From: Streptosporangiaceae bacterium
GTDB taxonomy: Bacteria > Actinomycetota > Actinomycetes > Streptosporangiales > Streptosporangiaceae
Reading direction: 5' to 3'
DNA: 64,000 nt
Assembly: GCA_036495585.1 (NCBI GenBank)
Contig: DASXMP010000127.1
Coordinates: 12,749-76,748 of the forward strand
The notes under the pieces were generated by a model that made no database searches, was not told the DNA's origin, and worked only from the letters and a program-made list of their open reading frames with translations. A program made the position numbers and the translations under genes. Numbering within the stretch: the first letter of the stretch is position 1; every line of letters starts with the position of its first letter. Shown piece by piece: positions 10,577-18,188 of the stretch.

Positions 10577-11089
10577 GTGCGCCGGGTGCTGCTGCTCAAC
10601 ATCACCTATGAGCCGCTGACAACTGTCGGTCTGCACCGTGCCGTGTGCCTGGTGCTCGGGGAAAAGGCCGACGTTGTCCACGACGATCTAGCCGGCTCGC
10701 TGTTGCATTCGGCCTCGGCCAAGCTGACCGTTCCATCGGTGATCAGGCTCCGCCGGTATGTGCGGGTGCCGCATCGCAACCGCGTTCCGCTGACGCGGGC
10801 GGCCCTGATGCGCCGGGACAATTACCTGTGCGCCTACTGCGGCACCAAGGCCGACACCATCGATCACGTGCTTCCGCGCAGCAAAGGCGGCCAGCACATC
10901 TGGGAGAACTGCGTCGCGTCCTGCACCCGGTGCAACCACCGGAAGGCGGACCGGCTGATCGAGGAACTCGGCTGGACCTTGCCGGAGGACCCGACAGCCC
11001 CACGCGGGCCGCACTGGCGGCTCATCGGCGCGATCAACGACGGCGACCCCCAGTGGGTCGCTTATCTGACTGAGCCGAGTGCCGCCTAG
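10577..11089 (+). CDS. Stand-alone HNH endonuclease
   Basis: The GTG at 10577 is preceded by GGGAGG. HNH/zinc motifs are CAYCG...DHVLPRSKGGQHIWENCVASCTRCNHRK. The 5' extension in the ORF track was rejected because the conserved N-terminus RRVLLLNITYEP starts here. Confidence 0.85.
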   Translation: MRRVLLLNITYEPLTTVGLHRAVCLVLGEKADVVHDDLAGSLLHSASAKLTVPSVIRLRRYVRVPHRNRVPLTRAALMRRDNYLCAYCGTKADTIDHVLPRSKGGQHIWENCVASCTRCNHRKADRLIEELGWTLPEDPTAPRGPHWRLIGAINDGDPQWVAYLTEPSAA

Positions 11090-11248
11090 CGCCGCCCGTC
11101 CTCGCGACGCCACTTCGGCATGATTCACCCCTAACCCTGCGAAACCCCTCGTTCAGTCACTGCACCTACTCGCTAGGTGCACGTGATCTTCATCTCAACT
11201 GCACGAGGGGCTTGTTCTAATCGATAGTCGACAGGGAGGGGTCTGACG

Positions 11249-11413
11249 ATGCATTCGCTGCTCGAGCTGATCAGGGCAATCGGGGGGATCGACTCACAGC
11301 ATGCCGACCAGACGGCGCGAGCAGCGCTCGCCTGGATGAATCACCTCAAAGGGCTGCAAGCCCAGGCGGCAGTCCACCACCTGATGCTGATTCTGCAGTA
11401 CACCTCCCGTTGA
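11249..11413 (+). CDS. Hypothetical 54-aa protein (below the ORF-track cutoff)
   Basis: ATG lies 7-8 nt after GGGAGGGG. The product is MHSLLELIRAIGGIDSQHADQTARAALAWMNHLKGLQAQAAVHHLMLILQYTSR. The third codon position is mostly G/C. The ORF ends 8 nt before a 19-bp hairpin. No family recognised. Confidence 0.35.
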   Translation: MHSLLELIRAIGGIDSQHADQTARAALAWMNHLKGLQAQAAVHHLMLILQYTSR

Positions 11414-11421
11414 CGGGGGCT

Positions 11422-11462
11422 GGCCGGTGCCGGGGTACCCACTGGGTGCCCCGGCACCGGCC
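11422..11462. terminator. 19-bp stem / 3-nt loop hairpin between convergent units
   Basis: ggccggtgccggggtaccc-act-gggtgccccggcaccggcc. There is one G-U pair and all other positions pair perfectly. Confidence 0.6.
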
Positions 11463-11467
11463 TGTTG

Positions 11468-11971
11468 CTAGCTGGTGCGGTGACCCGGATCATCGTGATC
11501 ACTGTCGCCAGGACCGCCACCATGATCCCGGCCGCGACTCCGAATGCGCGGTCGAATCCGGCGGCCAGGCGCGGCGAGCGCCGCGGCGATGCCGATCGGC
11601 AGGTTCACGAACAGCACCCATCGCCAGGACACATAGCTGACCAGCAGTCCGCCGGTCAGCAGGCCCACCGAGCCGCCGGCCACGCAGATGGCCGCGTAGA
11701 CGCCCATCGCGCGGCTGCGTGCCTTGCCCTCCGGGAACGTCGTCGCGATCAGCGACAAGGCAGCCGGCGCGACGATGGCGCCGCCTAGTCCCTGCACCGC
11801 GCGGGCCGTCAGCAGCCAGGCCTGCGAGGTGGCGGGGCCGCCGGCCAGGGATGCAGCAGAGAACAGCAGCAGGCCGACGACGAACATCCGGCGGCGGTTA
11901 AGCAGATCCCCGGCCCGGCCGCCGAGCAGCAGGAAGCCGCCGAAGGTCAGCGCGTAGGCCGCGATGGTGCT
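11468..11971 (-). pseudogene. Remnant of an MFS (DHA2/EmrB-type) transporter: only the TM2-TM6 region survives
   Basis: AYALTFGGFLLLGGRAGDLLNRRRMF...LQGLGGAIVAPAALSLIATTFPEGKARSRAMGVY...SWRWVLFVNLPIG matches the N-terminal half of 14-TM MFS exporters. TM1 and TM7-14 are absent. The reading frame runs into an unrelated R/G/D-rich tail. Confidence 0.65.
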
Positions 11972-12089
11972 CAGTCCGGCGACTGCCAAGACGCACGTGA
12001 GCCGGGCAATGATCAAAACTCGGCGCCCGCGACGGGGCCCAGCTGGGTGGTGTTTGCCCACCAGTTGGGGCTGGTCAGCCCGCGCGATC

Positions 12090-12968
12090 CTAGCCCGCCA
12101 CATTGACGCCCCAATGGCAGCGCAGGGCCACGGTGAGCTCAGCGGCACGCTCATCCGGGAAGAACAGCCGCGCTCCTTCGACTTCGACCACCTCGGCAGC
12201 GCCCGGGATGGTGTCGCGCAGCCAGTACGCCCACTTGCGCCGGAAGAAGATGTCCTTGGTGCCCCAGACGATCAGCGTCGGGACCTGCATGCGGGCCAGG
12301 GCCGGCTCGATCGCGAGCAGGTCGCGCGGGTTCAGCGAGGCGGTCCATGTCTGCAGCTGGCGGACCGATTCCGGCGTGCCGAACAGCGGCGTCAGCTGGG
12401 CCGCCGCGATCTCCAGCGGCAGCTTGCTGACGTCGCGGTAGCCCATCCCGTAGAAGCGCCGGCGTGCCTTTGGTATATCCCGCATAAACCGGGGAGCCAT
12501 GCGCGCGAGCAGCCCGGCGCGGGCCGCGAGCACGGCTGGCCTAAGGGCCAGGGGCGGCATGTTGTCATGCGCCTCGCAGTTGGTCAGGGTGAGCGTGGCC
12601 AGCCGGTCCTGGTGGCGCACAGCGAAGACCTGCGCGATCGCGCCGCCGGTGTCGTTGGCCACCAGATCGATGCTGGTGAGCTCGAGCGCATCGCAGCAGT
12701 CGGCGATGAAGTCGGCGAAGGCCGGCAGTGAGAATTCCCAGCCCGGGGGACAGGGAGTCCGCCCGTGCAAAGGCAGGTCGAGGGCGACGCAGCGGCGCTC
12801 GCCGGCGAGCTCGCCGATGACGTTGCGCCACAGATAGCTGCTGGTGCCCGCGCCGTGGATGAACAGCACAGGCCGTCCCGGTCCGCCGGTATCGATGTAG
12901 CTGACCGGGCCGGATTTGATGACCACCTGGCGGCGATACCGGTCGAATCGTTCGAGCTCGCTGGGCAT
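12090..12968 (-). CDS. Alpha/beta-fold hydrolase (Asp-nucleophile, haloalkane dehalogenase/epoxide hydrolase-like)
   Basis: HGAGTSSYLWR is the oxyanion HG motif and VANDTGGA is the nucleophile elbow. 292 aa. The gene is divergent from a TetR gene. Confidence 0.75.
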   Translation of the reverse strand: MPSELERFDRYRRQVVIKSGPVSYIDTGGPGRPVLFIHGAGTSSYLWRNVIGELAGERRCVALDLPLHGRTPCPPGWEFSLPAFADFIADCCDALELTSIDLVANDTGGAIAQVFAVRHQDRLATLTLTNCEAHDNMPPLALRPAVLAARAGLLARMAPRFMRDIPKARRRFYGMGYRDVSKLPLEIAAAQLTPLFGTPESVRQLQTWTASLNPRDLLAIEPALARMQVPTLIVWGTKDIFFRRKWAYWLRDTIPGAAEVVEVEGARLFFPDERAAELTVALRCHWGVNVAG

Positions 12969-13007
12969 GGCGTGGCCTCCCGAGGATTCACTGCAGTACG
13001 GTGCTCA

Positions 13008-13054
13008 TATAGACCGACTGATGGTCTAACTCTTATAGACCGACAGTCGGTCTG
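13008..13054. promoter_or_regulatory. Two adjacent palindromic operator-like sites in the hydrolase/TetR divergent promoter
   Basis: TAGACCgactgatGGTCTA is at 13010-13028 and tAGACCGACaGTCGGTCTg is at 13036-13054. Both begin TATAGACCGAC. Confidence 0.6.
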
Positions 13055-13074
13055 TCAAGTAGCCTCGGAGACGG

Positions 13075-13695
13075 ATGAACGACAACGCCGAGCGGGTTAA
13101 CAAGAATGTGGAGCGCGGGCAGGCGACCCGGGCCCTGCTGATCGACGTGGCGACGCGGCTGTTCGCCTCGCGTGGCTACGACGACACGTCGATCGAGATG
13201 GTGCTGGCCGAGTCCGGGGTAAGCCGCGGTTCGCTCTACCACCACTTCCCGGGCAAGGACGCGCTGTTCCAAGCGGTGCTGGAGGCGGTCGGCCTGCAGG
13301 TGGCCGAGGCCGGTGCCGCTGTCTTGGCCGGCGCTACCGACCCGCTGGACGTGCTGCGCAAGGGTGGCCGCCACTGGCTCCAGCTGGCCAGTGATCCGGT
13401 GGTGCGGCAGATCGTGCTGATCGATGCGCCCGCGGTCCTTGGCTGGAAGCGCTGGCGGGAACTCGACGACGCGAACCTGGGCATGATCAAGAGCACCCTC
13501 GACCACGCCGCCAGCGCTGGTGCCTTCGACCAGCGGCATGCCGAGGTCTTCGCCCACATCGTGCTGGCCGCCGCCAATGAGGTGGCCCTGATGATCGCGC
13601 TGGCCGAGGACCCGGCGGCGGCGCTGGCGGCCGCGGAGCCAGCGTTCGTTAACTTCCTGGACCGTTTCCTCGGCGGTTCAGGCGCCGGGGCCTAG
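13075..13695 (+). CDS. TetR-family transcriptional regulator
   Basis: The N-terminal HTH is TRALLIDVATRLFASRGYDDTSIEMVLAESGVSRGSLYHHFPGKDALF. Confidence 0.9.
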   Translation: MNDNAERVNKNVERGQATRALLIDVATRLFASRGYDDTSIEMVLAESGVSRGSLYHHFPGKDALFQAVLEAVGLQVAEAGAAVLAGATDPLDVLRKGGRHWLQLASDPVVRQIVLIDAPAVLGWKRWRELDDANLGMIKSTLDHAASAGAFDQRHAEVFAHIVLAAANEVALMIALAEDPAAALAAAEPAFVNFLDRFLGGSGAGA

Positions 13696-13728
13696 ACACA
13701 CCGGCTCGGACGCGGCGGGCAGGCGGCG

Positions 13729-14508
13729 CTAGGCGCGCGGGCGCAGGCGTCGCGAGATGACCGCGATGTCGCCGGCCTCCGTCCGCAGCACCTGCACCGC
13801 CGGGCCGAACTGGGCGGCCAGCACGTCCGGGCGCAGGACTGCCTCGGCTGGCCCGTCGGCAGCGATCTCGCCGTCAGCCAGAAGCAGCAACCGGTCGGCG
13901 AATTGCCCGGCCAGCGTCAGGTCGTGAATCGCCGACAGCACGGTCAGGGACCGCTCGCGTCGCACCTCGTCGATCAGCTCGAGCGCGTCCATCCGGCGGC
14001 CCAGGTCGAGCGCGCTGGTCGGCTCGTCAAGCAGCAGTACCGGTGCCTCCTGCGCCAGCGCGCGGGCGAGCACGACCCGCTGCAGCTCGCCGCCCGACAT
14101 GGCCGCGAGGACCCGGCCCGCCATCGGTTGCAGCTCCAGCCGGTCCAGCACGGCAGCACAGGCCGTGCGGTCTGCCACAGTCTCCGCGCCGAAGTAGCCG
14201 ACGTGCGCAGTCCGGCCGAGCAGGACATAGTCGGTCACCGTCATGTCCGGCGGCAGCACCGGCCGCTGCGGAACGTAGGCAACAAGCCTGGCTAGCTCCC
14301 GGCGGCTCAGCCTGGCCGCCGGGCGCCCGCAGATCGTGATGCTGCCGGTGAAGTGGATCAGCCTGGCGATCGAGTTGAGCAACGAGGTCTTGCCCGCTCC
14401 GTTCGGCCCGATCACGCCGAGCCACTCACCGTCGGCGGCCTGCCCGGAGATCCCGGCGAGGGCGAGCGCGGTGCCGTAGCGGACCGACAGGTCCTCGAAA
14501 CTGATCAC
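13729..14508 (-). CDS. ABC importer ATP-binding protein (FecE/BtuD type)
   Basis: Motifs GPNGAGKTS, MSGGELQRV and LLLDEPTSALD are present. It is the last gene of the binding protein-permease-ATPase operon. Confidence 0.9.
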   Translation of the reverse strand: MISFEDLSVRYGTALALAGISGQAADGEWLGVIGPNGAGKTSLLNSIARLIHFTGSITICGRPAARLSRRELARLVAYVPQRPVLPPDMTVTDYVLLGRTAHVGYFGAETVADRTACAAVLDRLELQPMAGRVLAAMSGGELQRVVLARALAQEAPVLLLDEPTSALDLGRRMDALELIDEVRRERSLTVLSAIHDLTLAGQFADRLLLLADGEIAADGPAEAVLRPDVLAAQFGPAVQVLRTEAGDIAVISRRLRPRA

Positions 14509-14525
14509 TGCCAGCCGCCTCCCGG

Positions 14526-14575
14526 TATGGGAGCCGATCTGGTGTCGCTATGACAGCACCAGATCGGCTCCCATA
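14526..14575. repeat. Perfect 19-bp inverted repeat inside the 97-nt permease-ATPase intercistronic gap
   Basis: tatgggagccgatctggtg at 14526-14544 pairs with caccagatcggctcccata at 14557-14575. The loop is 12 nt. Confidence 0.85.
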
Positions 14576-14605
14576 GGACAGTTCGCAAGGCGTAAGTGGC
14601 GCAAA

Positions 14606-15844
14606 TCACGTCAGGTCCTGCCGAGCGCGGCGGGAGCGTAGCACGAAAAGGAAGAACGGCCCGCCGGCCAGGGCTGTGATTACGCCGATGGGCACCTCGG
14701 CGGGCGACTGCACGGTCCTCGCCGCCACGTCCGCGAGGACGAGGAAGGCAGCTCCGCCGATCATCGACACAGGCAGCACGATGCGGTAGCTCGGGCCAGC
14801 GGTCAGCCGGATAGCGTGCGGCACAATAATGCCGACAAAGCCGATCAGGCCGCTGACCGCAACGGCGGCGGACACCCCGAGCGTGGCGGCGATCACCACG
14901 GTCAGGCGCAGCCTCGCGACGTTCACGCCGAGGCTAGTGGCTTCGGTCTCGCCGACGCGGAGCACGTCCAGCAGCCGCCGGTGAATGACGAGCACGGTCC
15001 CGGCGACGGCCACATAGGGCACGATGAGCCAGACGTCCGACCAGGTCGCTCCGGACAGGCCGCCAAGGATCCAGGAGTAGACGTCCGCGAGTTCCTGGGC
15101 GTGGGCCTGCTGCAGGTATGTCTGCAGGGCGGTCAGCAGCGCGGCTACCGCGACGCCGGCCAGCAGGATCGAGCCGGTGCCGCTCCGGGTCGCCGGTGAC
15201 TCGCTGCCGCCGGTCCTGGCGCCGAGGGCGTAGGTGAGCGCGACCGTGCACACGGCACCGGCGAAGGCGGCCGGGGGCAGCAGGTCCTGGCTGCCGCCGG
15301 AGACGATCACGATCGTGGCGCCAAGCCCGGCTCCGGCTGCGACACCCAGCAGGTAAGGGTCTGCCAGCGGGTTGCGGAAGATGCCCTGATACGCCGCGCC
15401 GCCGCCGGCCAGCATCGAGCCGACCAGAACTCCGAGGATCACCCGCGGCAGCCGGATCTGCCAGACGATGGCGGTGTCCAGGGCCGGGACGGCGACGCTC
15501 GGATGCCAGGGGAGCCGGGTGGCCAGCGCGTCCAGGATCTGCGGGACCGAGAGGCGTACCGGGCCGACCCCGATGCCGACGAGGACGGCGATGACGAGCA
15601 CGACCGAGGACAGGGCGATGGCCCGCCCGGGGGTGCCGATGCCGCGGGGCCGCGCCGGCGAGGACGGCGCGGTGGCGCGCGCACCGGCCGGACTCTGGTC
15701 CGGCCGGCCGCTTGCTTCCTCTGCTGGCCTGCGACCCAGAGAGCGGGACTCGCCCGGCCGGCTGCGCCGGGGCGCAGCCGGCCGGGATGGCCGCAGCGGG
15801 CCGGTCGGTGTCGGCCGGCCCGCGCCCGGCCTGGTGCTCGTCAC
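14606..15844 (-). CDS. FecCD-family ABC importer permease (BtuC/FhuB-like) with a P/R/A-rich N-terminal extension
   Basis: The FRNPLADPYLLGVAAGAGLGA motif and about 9-10 TM segments are present. GTG 15844 is the first in-frame start codon after the upstream stop at 15858. The track start at 15934 overlaps the upstream gene. Confidence 0.8.
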   Translation of the reverse strand: MTSTRPGAGRPTPTGPLRPSRPAAPRRSRPGESRSLGRRPAEEASGRPDQSPAGARATAPSSPARPRGIGTPGRAIALSSVVLVIAVLVGIGVGPVRLSVPQILDALATRLPWHPSVAVPALDTAIVWQIRLPRVILGVLVGSMLAGGGAAYQGIFRNPLADPYLLGVAAGAGLGATIVIVSGGSQDLLPPAAFAGAVCTVALTYALGARTGGSESPATRSGTGSILLAGVAVAALLTALQTYLQQAHAQELADVYSWILGGLSGATWSDVWLIVPYVAVAGTVLVIHRRLLDVLRVGETEATSLGVNVARLRLTVVIAATLGVSAAVAVSGLIGFVGIIVPHAIRLTAGPSYRIVLPVSMIGGAAFLVLADVAARTVQSPAEVPIGVITALAGGPFFLFVLRSRRARQDLT

Positions 15845-15857
15845 GTGCCCGCTCGCC

Positions 15858-16823
15858 TCACTGACTGCCCGATTCGATGGCCTTGGCCACGGCTTGCAGC
15901 AGGTCCCCCACGCGCGGCCCCCACCGGGAGGCAATGTCGGCGTTCAGCAGGATGATGTGCTTGTCCTTCACGGCGGACAGCACATTCCAGCCGGGCCTGG
16001 CCGACACGGTCGCGGCGTCCTGGCCGCCGGCGGTCTTGCCGTCATCGGCCAGGATGATGTACTTCGGGTTGGCCTTCAGGATGAACTCGGCTGAGAGGCT
16101 CGGGTAGCCTCCCGCGGCCGCTGCTCCCTTGACCGTATCGGCGATGCTCTTCATGCCGAGCAGCGACAGCACGCTGCCGATGAAGGTGGCCGAGGTGACG
16201 GAGTAGTACGGGCTGGTGGACAGCTCGTAGTAGTAGGTCAGCGGTTTGGTCCGGGCCGGCAGCGCGGCCACGATCCTGGCGATCTGGCCCTTGAGCCTGG
16301 TGACCTCGGCGGTCGCGCCGGACACATCCCCGGTCGCCTTGCCCAGTTCGGTGAACTCCGCGTACTCGCCAGCAAGCGTCGCCGTCGCCGGGAGCTGAAG
16401 GACGGGGATGGACAGCGAGCTGAGTTTTCCGGCGATGCCGTTGATGTTGTTGGAGATGATCACCAGGTCGGGCTTATAGGCGGCGATCGCCTCGGCGTTC
16501 GGCTCGAAGGCTGACAGCTTCGTGATCGGAGCGTCCGTCGGGTAATCAGAGTCGCTGTCGACCGCTTTGACTTGCGAGCCTGCGCCGATCGAATACAGCA
16601 TTTCGGTCGCCGTCGGCGCGAGCGAGACGATGGCCGTGGGCCTAGCCGGGACATGCACTGTGCCGCCGGCCGTGGTCACCGTGACCGGGAACCTGGCCTT
16701 CGCGGTCTGCGCGGCGGCCTTGGTGCCGGTGGAGCTGGCAGGAGAACTGCCGCACGCGGCACATGCCGCGGCGAGGGCCGCAGCAGCCAGCACCGCTGGC
16801 AGCCTGCGAGTGATAAACCGCAT
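15858..16823 (-). CDS. Periplasmic-binding-protein type 2 lipoprotein (BtuF / iron-siderophore-type substrate-binding protein)
   Basis: The signal peptide/lipobox is LAAACAACGSS. ATG 16823 lies 6 nt after GGAGGA. It is the first gene downstream of a cobalamin riboswitch. Confidence 0.8.
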   Translation of the reverse strand: MRFITRRLPAVLAAAALAAACAACGSSPASSTGTKAAAQTAKARFPVTVTTAGGTVHVPARPTAIVSLAPTATEMLYSIGAGSQVKAVDSDSDYPTDAPITKLSAFEPNAEAIAAYKPDLVIISNNINGIAGKLSSLSIPVLQLPATATLAGEYAEFTELGKATGDVSGATAEVTRLKGQIARIVAALPARTKPLTYYYELSTSPYYSVTSATFIGSVLSLLGMKSIADTVKGAAAAGGYPSLSAEFILKANPKYIILADDGKTAGGQDAATVSARPGWNVLSAVKDKHIILLNADIASRWGPRVGDLLQAVAKAIESGSQ

Positions 16824-16894
16824 GATCATCCTCCGTCGGTAAGGAGGACGAAGTGCGTCCGCTGCGATACCGACGGGCATCGGAACGAGCCGCC

Positions 16895-17070
16895 CTTCCT
16901 CCGAGGACAGGTCGCCGCCGCAGGCCAGGCGTCCGGGCTCGTCCTTCGCATGAAGGCATCACCGTTGCGGGACAGCGCCGGGATCTCACCGGCTTCGCTG
17001 CGCTCTGCGCGCACCCGCGACGACTCATGTCGCACGGGTGGCCGCAGCCTACCGCAGTACGGCCGCCGTG
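16895..17070 (-). promoter_or_regulatory. Cobalamin (B12) riboswitch aptamer
   Basis: The minus strand reads GAAGCCGGTGAGATCCCGGCGCTGTCCCGCAACGGTGA, which is the conserved core GGTGxxAxTCC..GCxGxCCCGCAACxGT. This is followed by the B12-box-like GAGCCCGGACGCCTGGCC. Downstream, TCCTCC can pair with the GGAGGA SD of the binding-protein gene. Confidence 0.75.
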
Positions 17071-17267
17071 CATGGCGAAGATGCGGAGCCGTGCCCGCGC
17101 AATCGCGCTGGCGGCGTGTCGGTGCTGGGCGAATGGCATTCGGCCGGACAGAATGATCGCCAAGGCCCCTCCAGGTATGAGATGGAGGGGCCTTCGCCGA
17201 CTGTCGGCAACGACGCAGCCGCGAGCCGTGCTGCACCCGCGCGGCCGTGACCGGTAGCGTTTGACTT

Positions 17268-18188
17268 ATGACCGACACTGCAAGCGCGGGCGGCCGGCCA
17301 GCCTCTGCACCGTTCGGGCGCATGCTCACGGCCATGGTCACTCCTATGACGCAGGACGGCGCCGTCGACTATGCAGGCGCCGCGCGGCTCGCCGAGTATC
17401 TGGTGACCGAAATGCGCAACGACGGCCTGGTGATCAGCGGCACGACGGGCGAGTCTCCGACGACCTCTAACGAAGAGAAGGCCAGGCTGCTGGCCGCCGT
17501 GCTGGAGGCGGTTGGCGACCGGGCTGTCGTCGTCGCGGGGGTAGGCACCAACGACACCGCACACAGCTGTGAGCTCGCTCGCGCCGCGGAGCAAGCTGGC
17601 GCGCACGGCCTCCTGGTCGTGACGCCGTATTACAACAAGCCACCGCAGAGCGGACTAGCCGCGCACTTCAGCAAGGTCGCCGACGCGACCGGGCTGCCGG
17701 TGATGCTCTACGACATCCCTGGCCGGACGGGTACGCCGATCGCGACCGAGACGCTAGTCAAGCTGGGCGAGCATCCGCGCATCGTCGCGGTCAAGGACGC
17801 CAAGGGGGACTTCGGCGGCGGATCCTGGGTGATGGCTCGCACCTCCCTGGTCTTCTACAGCGGCGACGACATGGTCAACCTGCCGTGGCTGTCGCTCGGC
17901 GCCGCCGGATTCGTGAGCGTGGCCGGCCATGTCGCTGGCGACCGCCTGCACGAGATGATCGACGCCTACCAGGCCGGCCGGGTCGCGGACGCGCTGCGGC
18001 TCCACAAGGACTTGCTGCCGGTGTACACGGGGCTGTTCCGGACCCAGGGCGTGATCCTGACGAAGGCCGCGCTGACCCTGCTCGGCCTGCCCGGTGGCTC
18101 GGTGCGGCCACCGCTTCCGGACGCCACCGCGGCGGAGACCGAGCAACTTGTCACCGATCTGACGGCGGGCGGTGTGAAGCTGAAGTGA
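17268..18188 (+). CDS. dapA: 4-hydroxy-tetrahydrodipicolinate synthase
   Basis: Motifs GTTGESPT and the active-site region VAVKDAKGD are present. 306 aa. It is followed by rnj, as in other actinobacteria. Confidence 0.95.
   Translation: MTDTASAGGRPASAPFGRMLTAMVTPMTQDGAVDYAGAARLAEYLVTEMRNDGLVISGTTGESPTTSNEEKARLLAAVLEAVGDRAVVVAGVGTNDTAHSCELARAAEQAGAHGLLVVTPYYNKPPQSGLAAHFSKVADATGLPVMLYDIPGRTGTPIATETLVKLGEHPRIVAVKDAKGDFGGGSWVMARTSLVFYSGDDMVNLPWLSLGAAGFVSVAGHVAGDRLHEMIDAYQAGRVADALRLHKDLLPVYTGLFRTQGVILTKAALTLLGLPGGSVRPPLPDATAAETEQLVTDLTAGGVKLK

Noticed and set aside
17885-18184. The 100-codon 5' extension of the RNase J ORF. Similar track extensions exist for ettA, the HNH gene, CapA, ClgR, Rrf2, GH3, both sugar permeases, lhr, the P450, cysG and sirA.
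   Set aside because: The extensions overlap upstream genes or intergenic repeats and have shadow-frame composition. Conserved N-termini with SD sequences or 4-nt coupled starts occur downstream.
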